Part shown: one piece after another, positions 1-7,995 of the stretch
How the letters are laid out: each line of letters starts with the position of its first letter
Position numbering within the stretch: the stretch's first letter is position 1
Assembly: GCA_964344565.1 (NCBI GenBank)
Contig: CAYFNT010000012.1
Span: 30,648 to 94,647 of the forward strand
Direction of reading: 5' to 3'
From: an uncultured bacterium
Lineage (GTDB): Bacteria; Krumholzibacteriota; Krumholzibacteriia; JACNKJ01
DNA length: 64,000 bases
Made by a program: the position numbers and the translations under genes
Notes under the pieces: model-generated
The model's database searches: none
What the model saw: only the letters and a program-made list of their open reading frames with translations
What the model was told of the DNA's origin: nothing

Positions 1-596
1 ATCACGCCTGAGATCGACTTGAGAGGTTCCATCAGAAAACTCGGACGAAGGGTGATGCCCACCCGGCCCGGATCGAGAGCCTCGAAGAGCTTGCCCTGTC
101 CGCTCACGTGCCATCCGCAGTAGCCCGGCGAGTAGCGCAGGCATCGGTTCTCGGCATCGTGGGCCCCGCTTCCGTTCCAAACCCGCTGAGCTTCCGCCTG
201 CAGGCGCGTCGCCGCGATTTCGGCACCCTCCGACGCGGCGCTGTCCAGCATGGAGGCCAGGGGGAACTCTCGATCCTCGAAGAGTTCGTCGATCTTTCCG
301 CTCACCTCGGCGCCCAGGGTGAGTGCGAAGAGGGCCAGGTTCTTCGCTCTTGGATAGATTTCAGCGAGGGGGCTGGACTCCGCGTTGTTCCCGGTTCCGG
401 GGTAGATCTCCGCGAACTCATCTCGGGAGATTTCCTGGAAGGTCCCGCGGCCCTCGGCGCAGCTTCGCAGCAGTTCGAGGGCCTCTTCGGCCAATCCACG
501 AAAGGAGTCCGCCGACCGATGGCCGGGATCGACCCCCTGAGCCCGGAGCAAATCGTCGACGCCGGGGCAGAGCTCCTCGCCGGTCCAGTCCAGCAC
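1..596 (-). CDS. Partial (3' end of window) vitamin-B12 methionine-synthase activation-domain-like protein (Met_synt_B12 family)
   Basis: Minus-strand frame is open from GTG at 596-594 (TAGTG overlap with the stop of the upstream mttB-like gene) to the window edge. The translation ...RCLRYSPGYCGWHVSGQGKLFEALDPGRVGITLRPSFLMEPLKSISGV matches the C-terminal motif block of the MetH reactivation domain (R.APGY...ELL...G.KLTESFAM.P.ASVSG). GC3 is high, consistent with coding. I found it by hand translation; it is absent from the ORF track because it runs off the window. Confidence 0.5.
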   Translation of the reverse strand, partial: MLDWTGEELCPGVDDLLRAQGVDPGHRSADSFRGLAEEALELLRSCAEGRGTFQEISRDEFAEIYPGTGNNAESSPLAEIYPRAKNLALFALTLGAEVSGKIDELFEDREFPLASMLDSAASEGAEIAATRLQAEAQRVWNGSGAHDAENRCLRYSPGYCGWHVSGQGKLFEALDPGRVGITLRPSFLMEPLKSISGV

Positions 597-2062
597 TATC
601 GCCACGGTTCGCGCTCCGGAAGCTTATCCATGCCGTGCCGGCGCGCCTCGGCCTGCATGAGGTCGATCAGTTCATCCTTGGTATCTGCGGGCAGCTCCGT
701 GGGCTGCCAGGCCTCCACCTTGGCCTTCACCTCGGCATTGGCACGCTGGCCCAGGCTGAGCGAGCCCTCCTCCTTCCAGCGGGAGAGGTTGGCGCGCGCG
801 ATGGCGGGGCCGGGCCAGTAGTGCTCCTCGCGCATGTACTTCATGGTGTGCTCGGAAATGAGCAGGTGGCCTTCGGAGAGCATCTCCTCGAAACGCGGAA
901 GGGCGGGGAAGTCCTCTCGAGGCTCCACGCCGCGGATCATTCGCAGGGCCAATCCCGCGATCTCGTTGTCGACCACGAGCTTCTCCAGGCTCTGGCAGCT
1001 CTCGAAGTCGAGCATGCCGGGACCCGAGATGCTGTTCACGCCCGACAAGGCGGCCAGGGTCACGCCCATGGAGCTTTCCAGTCCGGCCTGGGCATCCAGA
1101 TCCTTGGCGTCGCTCAGTCCGATGTAGGCCTGGGTGGGCAGGCCCAGATGCTTGCCGATCTCCGAGTAGGCGCAGTCAATCATCTGGGTCTCCACGGCTC
1201 CCATGGGCGTGGTCTCGTATCGGATATCGAAGGCCGCCGGCGATCCTCCATAGAGCGCGGGACAGCCCGGCGCGGCCAGCTGGCTGATGACGATGCCGCT
1301 GAGGGTTTCGGCGGTGTGCTGCACGATGGAGCCCACCAGGGTGATGGGGGCCATGAATCCCGAGAGCGGCATGGAGATGTACTCCACGGGGATTCCCGCC
1401 CGCGCGCAGTCGATGAGGTTCTGCGAGGTGACCTCGCTCCACTTCAGGGGCGCCGTGGGACAGCAGGAGAAGACCGTCAGGGGCTTCGCGGTCAGCGCCG
1501 CTTCGGATCCGCGCACGGCCAGCTGCAGATTCTTCATCAATTCGAAGGACCCGATGGTGAAGGCGCCGGTGACCACGGGTTTCTCGCCGTAGAGCAGACT
1601 GAGGAAGAGGCGGTAGCTGTCCGAGATTCCTTCCTGAACGTCGGCGGGGATGAAGGCCGTGCTCTGGGCGGCGATGTTGTCCAGGCCCTCCACGAGTTTC
1701 ACGTGACGCACGTAGTCGGCGCTGTCTGGCTTGCGGATCTTCCCGCTCTCGAAATCGAGCAGGTTGATGGCGGCCGAGCCCGGCGTGAAGTGCACATTGT
1801 CCCCGGACATGTCATGGCTGCGCCGTCCGCGGGTATCGAATAACTCGAAAGAGGAGGGGGCGGTGCTCAGCGCCTTGTCGATGAGCTCGCCGGGGAAACG
1901 AACGCGTCCGGCCGCCTCCTCCACCTGGGCGCCGTGGTCGCCCAGGAGCGCTTTGACCTCGTCGTTGTGGATGGCCATTCCCAGCTTCGCGAGGATGTCC
2001 CTCGCCTCGCCGAGAATGCGTTCGATCATGGCCTCGTCGAGAAATCGCAGCTTCGGTCTCAC
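596..2062 (-). CDS. mttB: MttB-superfamily methyltransferase (trimethylamine/glycine-betaine:corrinoid methyltransferase family), non-pyrrolysine type
   Basis: 488-aa ORF with a GTG start at 2062 and an SD GGAAGGAG 7 nt upstream. Full-length similarity to the MttB/MtgB family (e.g. ...CCPTAPLKWSEVTSQNLIDCARAGIPVEYISMPLSGFMAPITLVGSIVQHTAETLSGIV...). There is no in-frame UAG, so it is a Pyl-independent member. Stop TAG at 598-596. Confidence 0.8.
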   Translation of the reverse strand: MRPKLRFLDEAMIERILGEARDILAKLGMAIHNDEVKALLGDHGAQVEEAAGRVRFPGELIDKALSTAPSSFELFDTRGRRSHDMSGDNVHFTPGSAAINLLDFESGKIRKPDSADYVRHVKLVEGLDNIAAQSTAFIPADVQEGISDSYRLFLSLLYGEKPVVTGAFTIGSFELMKNLQLAVRGSEAALTAKPLTVFSCCPTAPLKWSEVTSQNLIDCARAGIPVEYISMPLSGFMAPITLVGSIVQHTAETLSGIVISQLAAPGCPALYGGSPAAFDIRYETTPMGAVETQMIDCAYSEIGKHLGLPTQAYIGLSDAKDLDAQAGLESSMGVTLAALSGVNSISGPGMLDFESCQSLEKLVVDNEIAGLALRMIRGVEPREDFPALPRFEEMLSEGHLLISEHTMKYMREEHYWPGPAIARANLSRWKEEGSLSLGQRANAEVKAKVEAWQPTELPADTKDELIDLMQAEARRHGMDKLPEREPWR

Positions 2063-2113
2063 ACCGGCTCCTTCCGCGTCGGGAAGCGAGCATAGGGGAG
2101 TGGATCCTTTGGA

Positions 2114-3061
2114 TCAATAGAAGCGGCGCTTCAGTTCACCCCAGGGGAGGTTCTCGCGGACCTCGGGCGCGGAAGTGGGGCCCAGACAACTGACCGGCCA
2201 GGCGCCGATGAGGTCGCAATCCGGGTTCGGCGGCGTATGGGGGCCGCAGGGCGAGCCTTCCCACAGGCCGAAATCGCCCGATTCGGGATAGCAGAACAGG
2301 GGATCCAGTCCGATGTTGCCGTCCACGCCCAGGAGTTCGGCCAGGGGACCGATCCAATTGCCGTCGGGATTGCCAAAGAGATCGCAGCACTCCATCTGCG
2401 GAGCGCTCTCGCAGAGGATCGCTTCACTGCCCGTATTGTGCATGAAGATGCAATTCTCGAAGGTGTAGTCATCTCCCTCGTGCAGATTCACCGCGGCTCC
2501 GAGATTGCTGCTGTTGCCGTAGAAGCTGCAGTTCCGGAAATCCGCGGAACCGTTGATGTCGGCCACCGCGCCGCCGAGCTCCGCCGCGTTGCTCCAGAAA
2601 GTGCAGCCCTCGAAGCGTGCATGGGAGTCGTCGATGGCGACGGCGCCGCCCAGAAGGGCTGAGTTCTCTTCGAAGACGCAATCGCGGAAGACCAGGTCTT
2701 CGCATCTCCAGATGGTCGCTCCGCCGCCGTCGTTGGCCACGCCGCCCTTGATGGTGATGCCCTCGATGATCGTGGGGGCGCCCGACAGCTCGTAGCAGAT
2801 CAGGGCGTTTCCCTGATTCCAGGCATCGACGATCACGCAGGACGGATCGCCGGTCTCGCTGCGCAGGGTGATGCCCGAGTCCATGTTGATCATCCAGGTC
2901 TGGTAGTAGCCGCAGGCGATGAGCACGGTGTCGCCGGGCTCGGCCACCATGATGCCGGCCTGGATGCTGGGAATCTCCCCGGGTACGTGAATGGTGTCGG
3001 ATGTAGCCGGAAGGATGATGAGCAGGGCCGCGAGGGCCGTGATGCATGCGCGCTGGGACAT
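2114..3061 (-). CDS. Secreted right-handed parallel beta-helix repeat protein, paralog 1, with Cys-rich C-terminal module
   Basis: The real start is ATG at 3061 (MSQRACITALAALLIILPATS signal peptide; SD AGGAGGA). The upstream extension of ORF 2114..4174 has no protein-like features. PbH1-like repeats (GGA[VI]..D...[FS]..C.F..N). The C-terminal block CCDLFGNPDGNW...DPLFC...SPC...DC.LIG...C...W..LKRRFY is shared with paralogs 2 and 3. Confidence 0.6.
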   Translation of the reverse strand: MSQRACITALAALLIILPATSDTIHVPGEIPSIQAGIMVAEPGDTVLIACGYYQTWMINMDSGITLRSETGDPSCVIVDAWNQGNALICYELSGAPTIIEGITIKGGVANDGGGATIWRCEDLVFRDCVFEENSALLGGAVAIDDSHARFEGCTFWSNAAELGGAVADINGSADFRNCSFYGNSSNLGAAVNLHEGDDYTFENCIFMHNTGSEAILCESAPQMECCDLFGNPDGNWIGPLAELLGVDGNIGLDPLFCYPESGDFGLWEGSPCGPHTPPNPDCDLIGAWPVSCLGPTSAPEVRENLPWGELKRRFY

Positions 3062-3226
3062 CCCAATCCTCCTGAGGTATCGCTCCCAATTCCCACTAAA
3101 CATGGATTTTACATGATCGTGCCAGATAATACTAGACCCCTTGGTGTTGATCATGGAGGATTCTCGAAGAGAAGATTTCGAAGGATCGTGGTGTCCGCTC
3201 AGGGAACTCATCCCAGGAGGTGGAGG

Positions 3227-4888
3227 ATGGAAAGTCGCAGAAACGAGATGGTATTCGGACCTCTGGCGTTTTTCATCGGGGTCGTTCTCTTCCTGCTTCA
3301 ATTCCCTTCCGAGGCTTGGGGCGATCGATTCGACTTCGAGTACAACACCTCCGGAGTCCTGGACCAGAAGCACGATAGCTGGATGGGTGGCGATTACATC
3401 GTCGCGACCATCGAAAACAAGTCGGGTCAATGGCTCAGACTGCGTGAGCTTTCGCTGCCCCTGGGCGTCGATACGCGACTCGATTCCGAGTGGATCGTGT
3501 TCCTGAACGTGCCTTCCGGAGATCCCCCCGGAAATCCCGAGTTCGCGGACTACTCCGGTACCTTCGATCCGGACACGCCACCGCCAGCCTACACCGACAT
3601 CGATCTCTATCCCCATGGCATCCTGGTGGAGCCCGGCACTGCCTTCTCCGTCGGCATCCGAAGCGCCTACATTCCCTACGATCTCTATGTAGGCACCGTC
3701 AAAGCGACCTTTTCCGCCTATACCTTCCGCTGGATCCCGAGGGGCTGGGAATCTCTGGAAGGGGTGCACGCAGTCACGGCCCTGATCCAGGTCTATGCGG
3801 ACTACGTGGACATGTCCGACATCCTCGTCTTTCCGGACGGCAGCGGTCTTTTCCCGACCATCCAGCACGCCATCGCGGCGGTGGATTTTGGCGGCACCGT
3901 ACGACTGGCCGACGGTGTTTTCAAAGGCGAAGGCAACAGCAAGCTGACCTTCTTCGGCAAGGACCTGACCCTGAAATCGGTCTCGGAAGATCCGAAGACC
4001 TGCATCATCGACTGCGAAGGGGATCTGCCCCTTTCGGGGCCATCTACCGGCACGGGCATCATCTTCAACGAGGGCGAAGGTCCCGGTGCGGTGGTGAGCG
4101 GCATCACCATTCGCAATGGAGTCTTCGAAGTGGGGGCCGGCATCCTGGTGGACAACTCCTCCCCGGTCATCCACAACTGCGTCTTCGAGAACGGATTCTC
4201 CGCCGCCGGCGCGGGAGTCTACGTCTACAAGGGATCGCCTGAGATCGTCGCTTGCGTGTTCCGCGACAACTACGCGGAGTGGTCGGGCGGCGGTCTGCAG
4301 ATGGAGTTATCCGACGGCGTGGTCTCGCACTGCCGATTCGAGAGGAACCACGCCGGCAATTACGGGGGCGGCGCGCTCTTCGGCGATTGCGACGGCACGA
4401 GCCTCGAGCACTCCGTGTTCTACGCGAATTGGTCGGATATCTACGGAGGAGCGCTGCTTCTCGGAGGCACCGCCATTTCCATGAGCCAGTGCACTCTGTC
4501 GGAGAATTCGGCGCCCAAGGGAAGCGCCATCTACTTGGAAGGCCAGGGCCCTGACATCTGGATGAGCATCCTCAGCTTCGGAGACTCTCCGCCCCTCTTC
4601 ATCGACGGGCCCCGATCCGTTCCGGATTTCGTCTGCTGCGACATTTTCGGCAACACCGGCGGAGATTGGGTAGGAGAGATCGCAGATCAGCTGGGCACCG
4701 ACGGCAACTTCAATCTCGATCCCCAGTACTGCGGCGAACTGGGCACGGGGGATCTGACCCTCCAGGACGATTCGCCTTGCGGGCCCGGCGGCAACGACTG
4801 CGGTCTTCTCATCGGCGGCGAAACCGTGGAATGCGACGACACCGTTGCGGCCCCGACCACATGGAGCAGATTGAAACAGCTTTATTGA
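3227..4888 (+). CDS. Secreted right-handed parallel beta-helix repeat protein, paralog 2, with Cys-rich C-terminal module ending WSRLKQLY
   Basis: Start ATG 3227 (MESRRNEMVFGPLAFFIGVVLFLLQFPSEAWG signal peptide, SD AGGAGG). ORF 2987 is an upstream extension. Beta-helix repeats (NCVFENG.SAAGAGVYVY.GSPEI..C.F..N...). The C-terminal 85 aa align with paralog 3 at about 80% identity. Confidence 0.7.
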   Translation: MESRRNEMVFGPLAFFIGVVLFLLQFPSEAWGDRFDFEYNTSGVLDQKHDSWMGGDYIVATIENKSGQWLRLRELSLPLGVDTRLDSEWIVFLNVPSGDPPGNPEFADYSGTFDPDTPPPAYTDIDLYPHGILVEPGTAFSVGIRSAYIPYDLYVGTVKATFSAYTFRWIPRGWESLEGVHAVTALIQVYADYVDMSDILVFPDGSGLFPTIQHAIAAVDFGGTVRLADGVFKGEGNSKLTFFGKDLTLKSVSEDPKTCIIDCEGDLPLSGPSTGTGIIFNEGEGPGAVVSGITIRNGVFEVGAGILVDNSSPVIHNCVFENGFSAAGAGVYVYKGSPEIVACVFRDNYAEWSGGGLQMELSDGVVSHCRFERNHAGNYGGGALFGDCDGTSLEHSVFYANWSDIYGGALLLGGTAISMSQCTLSENSAPKGSAIYLEGQGPDIWMSILSFGDSPPLFIDGPRSVPDFVCCDIFGNTGGDWVGEIADQLGTDGNFNLDPQYCGELGTGDLTLQDDSPCGPGGNDCGLLIGGETVECDDTVAAPTTWSRLKQLY

Positions 4889-4923
4889 GATCGGGATGAA
4901 GTCACTCGACCCGGGAGGTGGTC

Positions 4924-6615
4924 ATGGAGGATCGCTCTCGCCCTAGTCTTCCCCTTTGTATGCTGTCCTTGTTGATTCTGCTCGTTCTCATCCCATCCCT
5001 CTCCTGGGGCGAGGTCGTGCAGCTTTCCTCCGGGTCGCCCGAATCGGCGGATGCTCCGCGTGAGCTCCGCTGGGATTTCGAGCACAACACCTCCGGCGTG
5101 CTCGACATGGACGCCACCCACGTCGGAAATGGAAGCAGCTGGCAGGAAGTCACGGCCACCATTCACAACGATTCGGGTCATTGGCTGAGGCTGAGGGAAC
5201 TGTCCTTCCCGGCCATGATCATGGATTGGAAGGGCGAATGGCACTGGCATATCTGGACAGGCATGTCCGGTCCCGGGCCGCCGCCCACAGAACCCGGCAG
5301 TCCTGATTTCACCGGCAGCTTTCCGCCCCCCGAGGGGATCTGGGACTACACCGTCCTGCCTCTGGATGCCTGGGAGATCTACATCGCCCCGGGCGAGTTT
5401 TTCTCCGCGGGATACGGATCCCCGGAAGGCCACCGTGGCCTACGCGACGTGGTCACCGGCGATACCTACAATTGGTGGAACGATGACTGGCAAAGATGCG
5501 AGAACAACGGCTACACGCTGCTGATTCAGATCATGGCCGAGTATGTGGACACGGGCGAGATCGTCGTCTATCCCGACGGTACGGGCCTCTACCCGACCAT
5601 CCAGAAGGCCATCGACGCAGTGCTGCCCGGCGGTACCGTGCTGCTGGCCGACGGAGTGTTCAGCGGTCCGGGCAACATCGACCTGGACTTCGGCGGGAAG
5701 CACCTGACCCTGAAGTCCGTCTCGGAAGATCCATCGACCTGCATCATCGATTGCAGCGACCCACCTCGCGGACGCGAAGCGAGAGGACTGCGTTTCGTTT
5801 CCGGGGAAGGGCCCGATGCGGTGGTCGAATACATCAGCGTGCTCAACGGATGGACCGAAGGCGGACCGGGGATCCGGATCTCGAACAGCTCGCCCACGAT
5901 CCGACACTGCGTATTCGACAACGGATACTGCATCGATGGGGGAGGAATCCTGATCAACAAGGGCTCACCCGAAATCGTCGGATGCACATTCCTGAATGGG
6001 GATGCGGGATACGGGGGAGGCATCCTTTCCCGCTTGGCCTCGCCCAGCATTCGCCATTGTCGATTCGAATCCAATCAGGCGGGTGTCGCGGGAGGCGCCA
6101 TCTACATGGTCGGCTGTCCGGATGCGCTGATCGAGCACTGCGTCTTCTACGACAATACAGCCAAGGACGGCGCGGGCATCTTCCTGGGGAACTCGCCCCT
6201 GCAGATCACCTCCTGCACCTTCGCGGAAAACGAAGCCGCGAACGGAAGCGGAATCTTCGTGGAAGGTGAGGGCCCCGAAATCTGGACGAGCCTCATCGTA
6301 TTCGGACAAGGCGATGCCCTTTACTGCGTTCCCAACGGACGAGCCCTGCCCGAACTCGTATGCTGCGACCTCTTCGGCAACACCGGAGGAGACTGGACCG
6401 GGTGCATCGCGGACCAATGGGGAGTCGACGGTAACTTCAGCGACGATCCACAGTTCTGCGGTGAACTGGGCACGGGAAACCTGACCCTGCAAGATGACTC
6501 CCCCTGCGCTCCCGGCGGCAACGGCTGCGGCCTGCTCATCGGCGGCGAAACCGTGGAGTGCGATGACACCTACGCCGCTGCGACCACATGGAGCAGATTG
6601 AAACAACTCTACTAG
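4924..6615 (+). CDS. Secreted right-handed parallel beta-helix repeat protein, paralog 3, with Cys-rich C-terminal module ending WSRLKQLY
   Basis: ATG 4924 preceded by GGGAGGTG (ORF-track start 4918 is a GTG two codons upstream). Signal peptide MLSLLILLVLIPSLSWG. Collinear with paralog 2 across the N-terminal domain (WDFEHNTSGVLD...WLRLRELSFP), the beta-helix region and the C-terminus. Confidence 0.7.
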   Translation: MEDRSRPSLPLCMLSLLILLVLIPSLSWGEVVQLSSGSPESADAPRELRWDFEHNTSGVLDMDATHVGNGSSWQEVTATIHNDSGHWLRLRELSFPAMIMDWKGEWHWHIWTGMSGPGPPPTEPGSPDFTGSFPPPEGIWDYTVLPLDAWEIYIAPGEFFSAGYGSPEGHRGLRDVVTGDTYNWWNDDWQRCENNGYTLLIQIMAEYVDTGEIVVYPDGTGLYPTIQKAIDAVLPGGTVLLADGVFSGPGNIDLDFGGKHLTLKSVSEDPSTCIIDCSDPPRGREARGLRFVSGEGPDAVVEYISVLNGWTEGGPGIRISNSSPTIRHCVFDNGYCIDGGGILINKGSPEIVGCTFLNGDAGYGGGILSRLASPSIRHCRFESNQAGVAGGAIYMVGCPDALIEHCVFYDNTAKDGAGIFLGNSPLQITSCTFAENEAANGSGIFVEGEGPEIWTSLIVFGQGDALYCVPNGRALPELVCCDLFGNTGGDWTGCIADQWGVDGNFSDDPQFCGELGTGNLTLQDDSPCAPGGNGCGLLIGGETVECDDTYAAATTWSRLKQLY

Positions 6616-6705
6616 TAGGGGAGGGATTCGGCTATAATCTGATGCGTGGGGACCCCCGCGAACCGGGGCGATGACGCCGGGTACCCGTGAACAGGGGAAA
6701 GCCGA

Positions 6706-7917
6706 ATGCGTCCTGCGCAGCTCAAATCGATCCTCGCAGTCGCCCTCCTGGCGACCTTCGCGATCCTGCCCCTCAGGATCGACGTCGAGCCCGACGCCTC
6801 CGACCCGATTCCGAAACTCCCAGCCCATCACAACTGCCGTTTCTGGGGGGGCGTCTCCACGGTGCTCGACTCGCTCATGCTCCACGACCAGATCATCGTG
6901 CAGCCCCAGTCCCTCGAGAATCTCAGTCCCAGCAATCCCAACGGATGGGCGCTCGCACATTTCCCGGGAGAGGGCGAGCATCCGGTGATCCGGCGCGGAC
7001 CCCACCCGGCCATCGAGGATCCTCTCTACGACATGGCCGTGGCGAGGGCCGGCGCCGATTCGGCGCGCATCGTCATCGGACACGTGCGCAACTGCACCAG
7101 CGGACTCTGCGACATTCCCAATCCCCATCCATTCTATCGATTGTTCGGAGGGAAGCACTGGTTCCTGGGGCACAACGGCAGCATCGACAAGGAAGTGCTC
7201 CTGGACCTGATCCGCCCCGACTTCCTGGCGGCCAATCCGCCGGTGAACGGCTCGGACTTCGAGGAGTGGGTCGACAGCGAGCTGTACTTCCTCTATATCC
7301 TCCAGACCCTCGAGGACCACGACTGGCAGATGGCGCCGGCTCTGGGCGAGGTGGTGGAGTGGCTCAGGGTTCGCATCATCGGCGACATCGAGCAGCTCAA
7401 TTTCGTCATGACCGACGGTGAGACCCTCTGGGCCTATCGCGAAGGCATCGCCCTCTTCTACCACTTCAACACCGACGGCATCGTCCACTCGGCGGTGGCC
7501 TCCAAGCATCCCCCCGAGGAGCAGGGTCCCTGGACCGAGATGGTGGACGGCCAGCTCATCACCCTGCGGCGGGGCATTCCGCCCATCCTGCAGAACGTGG
7601 AGGATTTCTTCACCCACACCCAGGCCGGCGAAACTCCCCTGCCGTCGGCGAAGCTTTCGGCCTGGCCCAATCCCTTCAATCCCAGCACCACTCTGCGCTG
7701 GACCCTGCCCGAGCGGGTCCATTGCCGGGTGAGCATCCACGAGGTGAGCGGCCGGGAAGTGGCCGAACTGGCCGAGGGCGTCATGGAGGCGGGGGAGCAC
7801 GAGCGGGGCTGGACGGCCCGGGACGAGCGGGGCCGGCCCCTCTCCAGCGGGGTCTATATCCTGCGGCTCAGGGCGGGACAGCTTTCCGCCTCCGAGAAGC
7901 TCGTTCTTCTTCAATAG
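6706..7917 (+). CDS. Secreted class-II glutamine amidotransferase-like Ntn hydrolase (YafJ/GATase_4-6 type) fused to a T9SS type-A C-terminal sorting domain
   Basis: Signal peptide MRPAQLKSILAVALLATFAILP. Candidate nucleophile Cys in HHNC|RFWGG, then WALAHFP, VIGHVRNCTSGLCDIPNPHPF and FLGHNGSI motifs collinear with E. coli YafJ. C-terminal 85 aa: WPNPFNPSTTLRWTL...SGVYILRLRAGQLSASEKLVLLQ (Por_Secre_tail / T9SS type-A CTD). Confidence 0.7.
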   Translation: MRPAQLKSILAVALLATFAILPLRIDVEPDASDPIPKLPAHHNCRFWGGVSTVLDSLMLHDQIIVQPQSLENLSPSNPNGWALAHFPGEGEHPVIRRGPHPAIEDPLYDMAVARAGADSARIVIGHVRNCTSGLCDIPNPHPFYRLFGGKHWFLGHNGSIDKEVLLDLIRPDFLAANPPVNGSDFEEWVDSELYFLYILQTLEDHDWQMAPALGEVVEWLRVRIIGDIEQLNFVMTDGETLWAYREGIALFYHFNTDGIVHSAVASKHPPEEQGPWTEMVDGQLITLRRGIPPILQNVEDFFTHTQAGETPLPSAKLSAWPNPFNPSTTLRWTLPERVHCRVSIHEVSGREVAELAEGVMEAGEHERGWTARDERGRPLSSGVYILRLRAGQLSASEKLVLLQ

Positions 7918-7995
7918 AAAGCCTTTCATTCCCGGGCCGATTGCCTATACTGCGGCCATCCGATTTCTCCCCCAAAACGCACGGAAGGAGCAGGG

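Noticed and set aside
108-1843. Plus-strand ORFs 108..821 and 323..1843 near the left end
   Set aside because: They overlap the minus-strand MttB-family gene and the partial Met_synt_B12 gene. Their translations are Arg/Gly/Pro-rich.
596-2062. Possible pyrrolysine (in-frame UAG) in the MttB-family gene
   Set aside because: The ORF is uninterrupted for 488 codons with no internal amber codon, so it is a Pyl-independent family member.
2114-4174. 686-aa version of beta-helix paralog 1 with a 370-aa N-terminal extension; likewise ORF 2987..4888 for paralog 2
   Set aside because: The extensions overlap the divergent neighbour gene and lack protein-like sequence. Signal peptides and SD sequences define internal starts at 3061 and 3227.
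7928-7940. Possible extended -10 TGCCTATACT upstream of the transketolase-family gene
   Set aside because: TG-to-hexamer spacing is off by one and the hexamer is weaker (TATACT). It is not convincing without other evidence.
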